Virus record (IMG/VR): IMGVR_UViG_3300029930_000007
Coordinates: 1 to 32,672 of that record
Source: a virus
Lineage: Duplodnaviria; Caudoviricetes
Direction: 5' to 3' (one strand)
Length of the DNA stretch: 32,672 nucleotides
The notes beneath the pieces are model-generated. The model did not search any database and had not been told where the DNA came from. It saw nothing but the letters and a program-made list of their open reading frames with translations. Position 1 is the stretch's first letter; each line of letters opens with the position of its first letter. Of this stretch, positions 24,080 through 31,864 are shown one piece after another. Position numbers and translations under genes: made by a program.

Positions 24080-25012
24080 ATGGCTATTTCACGCGCACAG
24101 CTACTCAAAGAGTTGCTCCCCGGTCTGAACGCTCTGTTTGGTATGGAGTACGCTCGTTACGGCGAGGAGCACAAGGAAATCTACGAAACCGAGAAATCGG
24201 AGCGTAGCTTTGAAGAAGAAACCAAACTGGCTGGCTTCTCTGCCGCGCCTGTCAAGAACGAGGGCTCTGCCATCGCTTACGACAACGCGCAAGAGGCGTT
24301 CACTGCCCGTTACACCCACGAAACCATTGCGCTGGGCTTCTCGATCACCGAAGAGGCGATTGAGGACAACCTGTACGACAGCCTGTCTGCTCGTTACACC
24401 AAAGCGCTGGCCCGGGCTATGGCTTACACCAAGCAGGTGAAAGCTGCATCCGTGCTGAACAACGGTTTCAACGGTGCATACTTGGGCGGTGACGGCGTCA
24501 CCCTGTTTGGCAACAACAGTTCTAACACCCGTGTTGGCCACCCGCTGGTCTCTGGTGGTGTGAACTACAACAGCCCGACTACCGGTGTTGATCTGAACGA
24601 AACCTCGCTGGAAAACGCTGTGATTCAAATCGCTGCGTGGACCGATGAGCGTGGACTGCTGATCGCTGCCAAGCCGCGTAAGCTGGTGATCCCTCCGGCC
24701 CTGATGTTCGTTGCCAAGCGTCTGCTTGACACTGAGCTGCGGGTTGCAACTGCCGACAACGATATCAACGCGTTGAAGCAGATGGGTGCGATCCCCGAAG
24801 GCTATACCGTCAATCACTTCTTGACCGACAGCAACGCTTGGTTCCTCTGCACCGACGTTCCGAACGGCATGAAGCACTTTGAGCGTATGCCCTTGGCAAA
24901 TTCCATGGACGGAGATTTCGATACAGGGAATGTGCGTTACAAGGCCCGTGAGCGTTACAGCTTCGGATGGAGCGATCCGCTCGGAATGTGGGGCTCGTCA
25001 GGCTCGACCTGA
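24080..25012 (+). CDS. major capsid protein (Mu gpT-like family)
   Basis: MAISRAQLLKELLPGLNALFG...LVIPPAL...DFDTGNVRYKARERYSFGWSD. Confidence 0.92.
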   Translation: MAISRAQLLKELLPGLNALFGMEYARYGEEHKEIYETEKSERSFEEETKLAGFSAAPVKNEGSAIAYDNAQEAFTARYTHETIALGFSITEEAIEDNLYDSLSARYTKALARAMAYTKQVKAASVLNNGFNGAYLGGDGVTLFGNNSSNTRVGHPLVSGGVNYNSPTTGVDLNETSLENAVIQIAAWTDERGLLIAAKPRKLVIPPALMFVAKRLLDTELRVATADNDINALKQMGAIPEGYTVNHFLTDSNAWFLCTDVPNGMKHFERMPLANSMDGDFDTGNVRYKARERYSFGWSDPLGMWGSSGST

Positions 25013-25042
25013 TGAAAACCCAGTAACCATGCGGGTTACAGA

Positions 25043-25070
25043 GGGGGGCTTCGGCCCCCCTTTCTTTTTT
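25043..25070 (+). terminator. intrinsic terminator after the MCP gene
   Basis: GGGGGGC-TTCG-GCCCCCC followed by TTTCTTTTTT. Confidence 0.85.
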
Positions 25071-25115
25071 GTGGAGTTGGTGTAGAATTGCTCGTATCGT
25101 ATAACGGAGAAGCAA

Positions 25116-25715
25116 ATGGACTACCCCAAAACCCGCGCAGAAGCCAAAGCTACGGGCGCTACCCACTACTTCACGGGACAACCTTGCACCCGAGGGCACA
25201 TTGCTCTACGCAAAACAAAAGGTTCGTGTGTTGAGTGCATGAAAGAGGATTGGACGCTTGACAACGAAAAACGCAAGGCCAAGCCAAAGTCTGACGCAGC
25301 AAAAGCCGCCGGTCGCAGGTACTACGAGAAGAACCGGGAGGCGGTAAAAGCCCGAGCTAACACACGTCCAAAAAACGAAACAAACGCGTATAAGAAAAGA
25401 CATAAAGTTAACAACCCGGCCTACTACAACGCGCTGACCAGCGTGCGCAAGCGCCGTCACCGAGAGGCCACACCTAAATGGGTCACCGCAGAGCAAAAAC
25501 TGGCTATGCGGAAAACGTATCTTGCTGCCATGCGTTTGACAAAGATTTCTGCGGAAAGGTACGTCGTAGACCACATATACCCCCTGATTAGCCCGGTTGT
25601 TTGTGGGCTGCATGTGCCGTGGAATTTACGGGTAATGACACAGGCCGAAAACCTCCAGAAATCAAATTCTTTGCCGCCAGACGATCAGGCGCTTGCATTC
25701 CCCCCAAACAAGTGA
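25116..25715 (+). CDS. free-standing HNH homing endonuclease
   Basis: YFTGQPC..GH...CVEC at the N-terminus; VDHIYPL...GLHVPWNL......N..KSN. Confidence 0.88.
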   Translation: MDYPKTRAEAKATGATHYFTGQPCTRGHIALRKTKGSCVECMKEDWTLDNEKRKAKPKSDAAKAAGRRYYEKNREAVKARANTRPKNETNAYKKRHKVNNPAYYNALTSVRKRRHREATPKWVTAEQKLAMRKTYLAAMRLTKISAERYVVDHIYPLISPVVCGLHVPWNLRVMTQAENLQKSNSLPPDDQALAFPPNK

Positions 25716-25721
25716 TACAAA
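25693..25721 (+). promoter_or_regulatory. candidate promoter in the HNH gene tail
   Basis: TTGCAT-17 nt-TACAAA with a TG extension. Confidence 0.45.
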
Positions 25722-25730
25722 GGAGCCATT

Positions 25731-25812
25731 CCGGGGTTTCCGGCGTTTCTGACAGTCCCGGCTGACGACATGCAGACAGAGCGCCCAAACGAATACTCGC
25801 ATGTGAGGAATC
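25731..25812 (+). ncRNA. pseudoknotted leader RNA, possibly the Mu-gpT-DE motif
   Basis: Pairings 25731-36/25756-61, 25742-51/25777-85 and 25768-73/25799-804; lies downstream of a gpT-like MCP. Confidence 0.55.
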
Positions 25813-26214
25813 ATGGCAAATACCACCTTCAGCGGACCGGTACGGTCGCAAAACGGCTTCCAGTCCATCACTATTGATAGCACCACAGGTGCTGTTACCA
25901 CCAACGCTTCTTTTGGCACCGACGTTGTTCTGGGTGCTCAAAGTCTGTCCGGTGCAGGGGCCGTTGACATTACCAACGCCTATACCAACCTGACGACTAC
26001 GGGTGCTGCACAAGCCCTGACGCTGGCAAACGGCACGCTTGGGGAAGTCAAGATCATTACCCACGCTGTGGATGGCGGTTCGGCTGTACTGACTCCCACC
26101 ACCAAGATTGGGTTTACGACCATCACTTTTACTGGAGTGGGCGAGTCCGCCATGTTGGTTTACACCAGCGCAGGCTGGGCCATTGTCGCTCTTAACGGCG
26201 CAGTTGCTGCCTAA
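25813..26214 (+). CDS. putative virion structural protein
   Basis: MANTTFSGPVRS; Thr/Gly-rich, beta-type composition. Confidence 0.72.
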   Translation: MANTTFSGPVRSQNGFQSITIDSTTGAVTTNASFGTDVVLGAQSLSGAGAVDITNAYTNLTTTGAAQALTLANGTLGEVKIITHAVDGGSAVLTPTTKIGFTTITFTGVGESAMLVYTSAGWAIVALNGAVAA

Positions 26215-26226
26215 TAGGAGCGCATC

Positions 26227-26505
26227 ATGACGATGCAAACAGACATTCTCGCCACTTCGTTGGCGGCATCTGGTACTGCGTCTGATCAGCGCACCCGCCT
26301 GCGCGGAGCCATTATTGAGCCGGGTACGAGCGCAGGAAGTGTTGTGTTCAAGGACGGTGGTTCTGGCGGAACGACCAAGCTGACGATTAATACGTCGGCA
26401 AACGGGGAGTCTTTCTCCATGGTTATTCCTGCCGATGGCATTTTGTTCAAGACCGACATTTACGCAGCGCTAACCAACGCCAAAGTGACGGTGTTTTATG
26501 CCTAA
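26227..26505 (+). CDS. putative virion structural protein
   Basis: IPADGILF.TDIY...VTVFY. Confidence 0.7.
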   Translation: MTMQTDILATSLAASGTASDQRTRLRGAIIEPGTSAGSVVFKDGGSGGTTKLTINTSANGESFSMVIPADGILFKTDIYAALTNAKVTVFYA

Positions 26506-26752
26506 GACCCCAGCATGGCAACGCAAGGAAGGCAAGAACCCCAAGGGCGGACTCAACGCCAAGGGGCGTGCCTCCTACAACAAGGCCAATCCGGGCAAGC
26601 CGGGACTCAAACCCCCTCAACCAGAGGGCGGCAGCAGGCGCGACTCTTTCTGTGCCCGCATGAAAGGCATGAAGGCCAAGCTGACCGGCGAGAAAGCCAA
26701 GAAAGACCCGAACTCTCGTATCAACAAGAGCCTGAGGGCTTGGAACTGCTGA
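26498..26752 (+). CDS. small basic protein, DUF6321-like
   Basis: RRDSFCARMKGM...SRINKSLRAWNC. Confidence 0.72.
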   Translation: MPKTPAWQRKEGKNPKGGLNAKGRASYNKANPGKPGLKPPQPEGGSRRDSFCARMKGMKAKLTGEKAKKDPNSRINKSLRAWNC

Positions 26753-26753
26753 T

Positions 26754-26942
26754 ATGTCGAACGTAGAACTGACTGAACGTGAACGACTGATTGCCAAAGA
26801 AGCGGCAAAGCTCGCGCTTGAAGAACTCTCTGGGGAGTTTTACAAGAAGATTGGCAAAACCGTTGTCGAGAAAGTGCTGATCTGGGTCGGCATGCTGGTT
26901 GTTGGCTTTGTGTTGGGTAAAGGTTGGATCATCAAGGTCTGA
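26754..26942 (+). CDS. small membrane protein (possible holin or spanin-like)
   Basis: C-terminal hydrophobic stretch VLIWVGMLVVGFVLG. Confidence 0.55.
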   Translation: MSNVELTERERLIAKEAAKLALEELSGEFYKKIGKTVVEKVLIWVGMLVVGFVLGKGWIIKV

Positions 26943-26943
26943 T

Positions 26944-27459
26944 ATGCCGAGCAAAACCAAAGCTCAACACAATCTGATGGCAGCGGTTGCAAACAATCCG
27001 GCATTTGCAAAGAAAACGGGTATCCCTCAGTCTGTTGGCGCTGAGTTTATGAAAGCCGACAAGGGTAAGCGGTTTGGGTCGAGTAAAAGTCGTGCAGACG
27101 CACAGGCAATTAACCGGCCCCAGACCAATCAAGGTAAGCAAGAGTTTTTTTCAGAAGGAGGCCGTATGGCTGAGTCCAAAAAGATGGTTAAAAAAGAGAT
27201 CGGCTTCATGAAAAAAGCCGGTGCCCCTAAGTCCATGGTTAAGCATGAGGAGTCCGAAATGAAAGGCATGAAATACGGCGGTAAGGTCAAGAAGATGGCC
27301 AACGGCGGTATTACCACTGCAAAGATGGGTGCAGTAAAGGCTGGCGGCAACAAAGGCCATGGCGAGCACTCTGTGCAGGCCAAGGGCCACACCAAAGGCA
27401 AAATGGTCAGCATGTCCGGCAGCAAGCCGCTGGGCATGAAAAAAGGCGGGTACTGCTGA
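26944..27459 (+). CDS. Lys/Met/Gly-rich protein with multiple xxxGG motifs
   Basis: MPSKTKAQHNLMAAVA...; FSEGG, MKYGG, MANGG, MKKGG. Confidence 0.75.
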   Translation: MPSKTKAQHNLMAAVANNPAFAKKTGIPQSVGAEFMKADKGKRFGSSKSRADAQAINRPQTNQGKQEFFSEGGRMAESKKMVKKEIGFMKKAGAPKSMVKHEESEMKGMKYGGKVKKMANGGITTAKMGAVKAGGNKGHGEHSVQAKGHTKGKMVSMSGSKPLGMKKGGYC

Positions 27460-27460
27460 A

Positions 27461-27745
27461 ATGCGGGCCAGCCGGGGGATGGGAGCAATCAACCCGTCCA
27501 AAATGCCGGGTGGGGTGAAAAAGCCCCGCAGGGATGACACTGACTTCACGCAGTATGCCGAGGGCGGAAAGACGAAGTCCAAGGTCAACCAAGCGGGCGT
27601 CTACACCAAACCCGGTATGCGTAAACGGCTGTTTGAGTCCATCAAGTCTCGGGCGGTGCAGGGTACGGCGGCAGGTCAGTGGTCAGCCCGGAAGGCCCAG
27701 CTTCTTGCCAAGCAGTACAAAGCCCGTGGGGGTGGGTACAAGTGA
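27461..27745 (+). CDS. basic protein, N-terminal half of a DUF5872-like domain
   Basis: YAEGG, then YTKP..RK...GQWSARKAQLLAKQYK..GGGY. Confidence 0.72.
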   Translation: MRASRGMGAINPSKMPGGVKKPRRDDTDFTQYAEGGKTKSKVNQAGVYTKPGMRKRLFESIKSRAVQGTAAGQWSARKAQLLAKQYKARGGGYK

Positions 27746-27975
27746 AAAACCCGCAGCAGTCACTCAAGGATTGGACCGCGCAAAAGTGGAGGACTAAAAG
27801 TGGCAAACGCTCTTCTGACACGGGTGAACGGTATCTTCCAGAGTCTGCGATCAAAGCTCTCAGCCCTGCTGAGTACGCTGCGACAACGCGTGCAAAACGC
27901 GCTGGGAAAAAAGCCGGAAAACAATTCGTGAAACAGCCGCCTAAGGTGGCGGCAAAGACGGCGAGGTACAGATGA
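27742..27975 (+). CDS. basic protein, C-terminal half of a DUF5872-like domain (GTG start)
   Basis: QQSLKDWT.QKWRTKSG...ERYLP..AIKALS. Confidence 0.72.
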   Translation: MKNPQQSLKDWTAQKWRTKSGKRSSDTGERYLPESAIKALSPAEYAATTRAKRAGKKAGKQFVKQPPKVAAKTARYR

Positions 27976-28253
27976 AGAAAAAAGTAAAACGCTATGAGGA
28001 AGGCGGTGTTGTTGGGAACAGCAACTACCCGTTTGGTCAGAGCCAAGCCGCCTCGACCACGCCTGCCCCAAGTATCGGTCTAGGTAATACTTCGCCCCTG
28101 GTGCAAGTAAACACCCCTGGTGCCGCAGTTGCCGATCAGTCGCAGACTGGTATGCCGTTCGGCATGAAAAAAGGTGGTGCAGTCAAGTCGTCTGCGTCTA
28201 GTCGTGGTGATGGCTGTGCGATGCGCGGCAAAACTAAAGGAAGGATGGTTTGA
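27972..28253 (+). CDS. GG-motif protein, paralog 1
   Basis: YEEGG...MKKGG...RGDGCAMRGKTKGRMV. Confidence 0.75.
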   Translation: MKKKVKRYEEGGVVGNSNYPFGQSQAASTTPAPSIGLGNTSPLVQVNTPGAAVADQSQTGMPFGMKKGGAVKSSASSRGDGCAMRGKTKGRMV

Positions 28254-28254
28254 T

Positions 28255-28563
28255 ATGGCTAAAGTTAAAAAAATGGCATCTGGTGCTGTAGTGCAAAATC
28301 CGGGTATGAATAGGTCCCCTGACCGTGTACTTCCTGCACCTCCTAGGGTAGTGCAAAATCCGGGTATGCCTAGGTCCCCTATCCGTGTGCCTTCGCCGCC
28401 CAATATAGCGCGAAATCCGGGTATGAATAGGTCCCCTAACCGGGTGCTTCCGGCACCTTCTAGGGTAGTGCAAAATCCGGGTATGAAAAAAGGTGGCGCA
28501 ACTGCCTCTAAACGAACTAACAGCACTGCTCAACGCGGCAAAACCCGTGGAAAGATGCGTTAA
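28255..28563 (+). CDS. GG-motif protein, paralog 2, with Pro-rich tandem repeats
   Basis: Four NPGM repeats, then MKKGG...QRGKTRGKMR. Confidence 0.72.
   Translation: MAKVKKMASGAVVQNPGMNRSPDRVLPAPPRVVQNPGMPRSPIRVPSPPNIARNPGMNRSPNRVLPAPSRVVQNPGMKKGGATASKRTNSTAQRGKTRGKMR
28288..28485 (+). repeat. in-frame tandem repeat with periods 60/57/60 nt
   Basis: GTAGTGCAAAATCCGGGTATG at 28288, 28348 and 28465, with a variant at 28405. Confidence 0.9.
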
Positions 28564-28565
28564 TC

Positions 28566-28835
28566 GTGGCAAAGTTTCCTGATCTGACGGGTGACGGCAA
28601 AGTCACACAGGCTGACATTCTCAAAGGCCGTGGTGTCGAGGGAATGAAAAAGGGCGGCAGCACTGACAAATGGATACAGAAGGCGATCAGGAAACCCGGC
28701 GCTCTGCGCTCCGCGCTTGGTGTGAAAGAAGGCAAAACCATCCCGACAAAGAAGCTGGCGGCGGCTGCAAAGAAACCCGGCAAGATGGGTCAACGCGCAC
28801 GGCTGGCACAGACACTAAAGAAACTGGGAAAGTAA
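28566..28835 (+). CDS. basic protein with an EF-hand-like loop and a GG motif
   Basis: DLTGDGKVTQAD...MKKGG...KWIQKAIRKPGALR. Confidence 0.75.
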   Translation: MAKFPDLTGDGKVTQADILKGRGVEGMKKGGSTDKWIQKAIRKPGALRSALGVKEGKTIPTKKLAAAAKKPGKMGQRARLAQTLKKLGK

Positions 28836-29780
28836 ATGGCCAACACATCCGGGTCATCCGCATTTAACCTTGACTTGACTGAGATCGTTGAGGAAGCGTT
28901 TGAGCGCGTTGGCTCAGAGATGCGCACGGGTTACGACCTGAAAACGGCGCGGCGTTCCCTGAACCTGATGTTTGCCGACTGGGCCAACCGTGGCGTCAAC
29001 ATGTGGACGTTTGAGCAGGGCACTATCCCGCTCATTCAGGGGCTCAACACCTACACGCTGCCCAACGACACGGTGGATTTGCTTGATCATGTGATCCGCA
29101 CCCAGCCAAACCAGCAGTCCAATCAGGCCGACTTGACCATTACCCGTATCAGTATTTCTACCTACGCCACTATCCCCAATAAACTGACGCAAGCTCGGCC
29201 CATTCAAGTCTGGGTGCAGCGGTTGGACGGGCAGGTGTCTCCTACGGGATACACATTTCAGAGTGCAGACATAGGGGCACAAACAATCACCCTTTCTTCT
29301 ACGGCCAATTTGCCTACTACGGGCTATCTGAACATCGGCACAGAGACGATTTACTACGGGTGGATCAACAGCAGCACGCAGCTTGGCGGAGTGTTCCGGG
29401 CGCAGAATGGCACAAGTCAAACCACCCCCTCAGCCGGTACTGCCGTCTATGTCAACAACATTCCCCGTATCACGGTCTGGCCAACGCCGGATCAAGGCAC
29501 TGTAGGCAACCCCACCTATCAGTTTGTGTACTGGCGCATGCGGCGCGTGCAGGATGCCGGTGGTGGCGTCAGCGTGATGGATGTGCCGTTTCGCTTTATA
29601 CCGTGCATGACGGCGGGGCTGGCCTATTACATGGCGCTGAAGGTGCCGGGGGCGTTGGACCGGCTGGCTATCCTGAAAGCGCAGTATGACGAGGCGTGGG
29701 ACTTGGCCTCACAGGAAGATCAGGAAAAAGCTGCAATTCGGTTTGTGCCGCGTCGGCAGTACATTGCCGGAGCCTTCTGA
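28836..29780 (+). CDS. head-tail adaptor / tail tubular-like protein
   Basis: EIVEEAFER.G...ARRSLNLM..DWANRG...VWPTPD...GLAYY. Confidence 0.7.
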   Translation: MANTSGSSAFNLDLTEIVEEAFERVGSEMRTGYDLKTARRSLNLMFADWANRGVNMWTFEQGTIPLIQGLNTYTLPNDTVDLLDHVIRTQPNQQSNQADLTITRISISTYATIPNKLTQARPIQVWVQRLDGQVSPTGYTFQSADIGAQTITLSSTANLPTTGYLNIGTETIYYGWINSSTQLGGVFRAQNGTSQTTPSAGTAVYVNNIPRITVWPTPDQGTVGNPTYQFVYWRMRRVQDAGGGVSVMDVPFRFIPCMTAGLAYYMALKVPGALDRLAILKAQYDEAWDLASQEDQEKAAIRFVPRRQYIAGAF

Positions 29781-30208
29781 TGCCAAACCGGTTTTCGTCC
29801 GGCAAGTATGCGATTGCGCAGTGTGACCGCTGCAACTTTCGCTTCAAGCTCAAGGAACTCAAGACATACACGCTCAAGACCAAGAACGTGAATATGCTGG
29901 TCTGCGCGGCTTGCTGGGACCCGGATCAACCGCAGTTGCAGCTTGGTATGTACCCGGTGGAAGACCCGCAGGCAGTGCGTAATCCGAGGCCGGACATTAC
30001 CTACAAACTGGGTGGTAACAGCGGGCTGCAGATATCGAACATCAGTGGTACGGACCCTGACGAGGACGGGACTGCAACCGGTGGTAGCCGGATATTTCAG
30101 TGGGGCTGGGCCCCAGTGGGCGGTTCAAGGTTTTTTGATGCCGACTTGACGCCAAACAATTTGGTGTTGACGGTAAATTTGGGCACAATCACGGTAGCAA
30201 CGACATAA
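29780..30208 (+). CDS. zinc-finger virion-module protein
   Basis: CDRC...VCAACWDPDQPQ; TGATG coupling. Confidence 0.72.
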   Translation: MPNRFSSGKYAIAQCDRCNFRFKLKELKTYTLKTKNVNMLVCAACWDPDQPQLQLGMYPVEDPQAVRNPRPDITYKLGGNSGLQISNISGTDPDEDGTATGGSRIFQWGWAPVGGSRFFDADLTPNNLVLTVNLGTITVATT

Positions 30209-30218
30209 GGAGTCGATC

Positions 30219-30389
30219 ATGGATGCGATGAAGAAAGTGGCTAAGGCCGAGGTCAAGGCCCACGAGAAGCGTATGCACGGCGCTAAAGGTATGCGTGCCG
30301 GTGGTAAAACCAACGCCGATATGCTCAAGTACGGGCGCAACATGGCCAAGGTCATGAACCAGCGCAGCCCTGGCCGCAAAGGAGCCTGA
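30219..30389 (+). CDS. small basic GG-motif protein (56 aa)
   Basis: Not in the ORF track; MDAMKKVAKAEVKAHEKRMHGAKGMRAGGKTNADMLKYGRNMAKV...; SD TAAGGAG. Confidence 0.7.
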   Translation: MDAMKKVAKAEVKAHEKRMHGAKGMRAGGKTNADMLKYGRNMAKVMNQRSPGRKGA

Positions 30390-30390
30390 A

Positions 30391-30591
30391 ATGGCAACCT
30401 ACAAGACCCCCAAATACACGGCGATGCAAGAGGCTGGTCTCTGTGATAACAAAGAGCACCAGAAGAAGCTAAACCAGTCCATCGCCAATAACCACAGCAA
30501 CGACTACCCTGGCGTTAAAACCAGCGGTATCAAGATTCGTGGTACTGGCGCTGCAACTAAAGGCGTAATGGCACGAGGCCCGATGGCATGA
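30391..30591 (+). CDS. small basic protein
   Basis: GIKIRGTGAATKG.MARGPMA. Confidence 0.72.
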   Translation: MATYKTPKYTAMQEAGLCDNKEHQKKLNQSIANNHSNDYPGVKTSGIKIRGTGAATKGVMARGPMA

Positions 30592-31301
30592 ATTACACCG
30601 AGTTGTCCACTGCGATCAAAGATTACACGCAGAACTTTGAGGCCGACTTCATTGCGAACATTCCGGTGTTCGTGGAGCAGGCCGAGCAGCGCATTTACAA
30701 CTCGGTTCAATTCCCGTCTCTCCGCAAAAACGTCACCGGCTCTTTGTCCGCCAACAACAAATACTTGTCATGCCCGAATGACTTCCTGTCAACATATTCG
30801 TTGGCAATCATTACTGGTGTGACGGGTGGGAACCTCAACACGGGTTCTTATGAGTATCTGCTAAACAAGGATGTGAACTTCATCCGGCAGGCATACCCAA
30901 CGCCCAACGACACCGGGGTTCCAAAGTATTACGCGCTTTTTGGGCCGACTGTTTCTGGCGCGACCATCTCCGATGAGTTAAGTTTTATTGTTGGCCCGAC
31001 TCCTGATGCAGCCTACGACGTTGAGTTGCATTACTACTATTACCCGGAGTCGATCACTGTTGCTGCTGATGGCCAAACATGGCTGGGTGATAACTTTGAC
31101 ACGGTTCTGTTGTATGGTTCGCTGGTAGAGGCCGCAATCTTCATGAAAAGTGAAGCCGACATGATGAGCTACTATGACGGCAAATACAAAGAGGCGTTGG
31201 CTTTGGCTCAGAGACTTGGTGACGGCCTTGAGAGATCGGATGCGTACCGCAGTGGTCAGTACCGTCAAGCTCCATTACCTCAAAATAACGGGGTTAAATG
31301 A
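30588..31301 (+). CDS. second head-tail adaptor-like protein
   Basis: MNYTEL...AEQRI...G.PKYYA...GPTPD..Y.VELHY...LLYGSL.EA. Confidence 0.7.
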   Translation: MNYTELSTAIKDYTQNFEADFIANIPVFVEQAEQRIYNSVQFPSLRKNVTGSLSANNKYLSCPNDFLSTYSLAIITGVTGGNLNTGSYEYLLNKDVNFIRQAYPTPNDTGVPKYYALFGPTVSGATISDELSFIVGPTPDAAYDVELHYYYYPESITVAADGQTWLGDNFDTVLLYGSLVEAAIFMKSEADMMSYYDGKYKEALALAQRLGDGLERSDAYRSGQYRQAPLPQNNGVK

Positions 31302-31864
31302 TGGAAACGACCCGTCGAGCCGCACTTGCAAAAAAGGAGCTTCAGTATTTCACTGGGAAAGCGTGCCCACAGGGGCATGTTGCTCCGCGCCGCGCTCATA
31401 ACGGAGAGTGTGTTGCATGTCGCACGGAGCGGTTGACGGCATGGCGGATAGAGAACCCCCTCAAAGTGCAGCAGCACAACAAGACGCAGTATGCACGGTT
31501 TGCGGAAAAAATAAAGGCCGCAGTTCGTAAGTACAACGCAGAAAATGCGGATGTTGTGAATGCAAAAAAACGGGCCTATCAAAAAACCCATCTACACGTG
31601 TACGCCAAAATAAAGGCAAAGCGTAAGGCCGCTGAGTTAAAGCGCACACCTGCATGGCTCACCGAAGATGATCATTGGATGATGGAGCAAGCGTACGAGT
31701 TGGCGGCGCTACGCACAAGCGTGTTTGGAGTTCCATTTCAGGTGGATCATGTGCTGCCCCTACAGGGTAAGCTCGTATCCGGGTTTCACACACCACTAAA
31801 TTTGCAAGTGATTCCGGCTAAACTCAACCGCGCTAAGTCCAACACCTTTGAGGTTGCCGTATGA
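31298..31864 (+). CDS. free-standing HNH homing endonuclease
   Basis: YFTGKAC..GH...CVAC; TPAW; VDHVLPLQGK.VSGFH...NL......N..KSN. Confidence 0.88.
   Translation: MMETTRRAALAKKELQYFTGKACPQGHVAPRRAHNGECVACRTERLTAWRIENPLKVQQHNKTQYARFAEKIKAAVRKYNAENADVVNAKKRAYQKTHLHVYAKIKAKRKAAELKRTPAWLTEDDHWMMEQAYELAALRTSVFGVPFQVDHVLPLQGKLVSGFHTPLNLQVIPAKLNRAKSNTFEVAV

Noticed and set aside
9206-24877. Long antisense ORFs such as 9206-9982, 16745-17491, 18929-19636, 21491-22210 and 24101-24877
   Set aside because: They are shadows of well-supported genes on the opposite strand in GC-rich DNA and have no motifs or RBS.
25762-25795. Hammerhead ribozyme (CUGACGA)
   Set aside because: No matching GAAA core or three-stem junction found.
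25013-25812. Group I intron carrying the HNH gene
   Set aside because: The MCP has a complete-looking C-terminus and terminator, and I found no intron core elements.
28288-28485. CRISPR-like array (21-nt repeats with 36-39-nt gaps)
   Set aside because: The gaps resemble each other, the periods are multiples of three, and the array lies in frame within a gene, so it is a coding tandem repeat.
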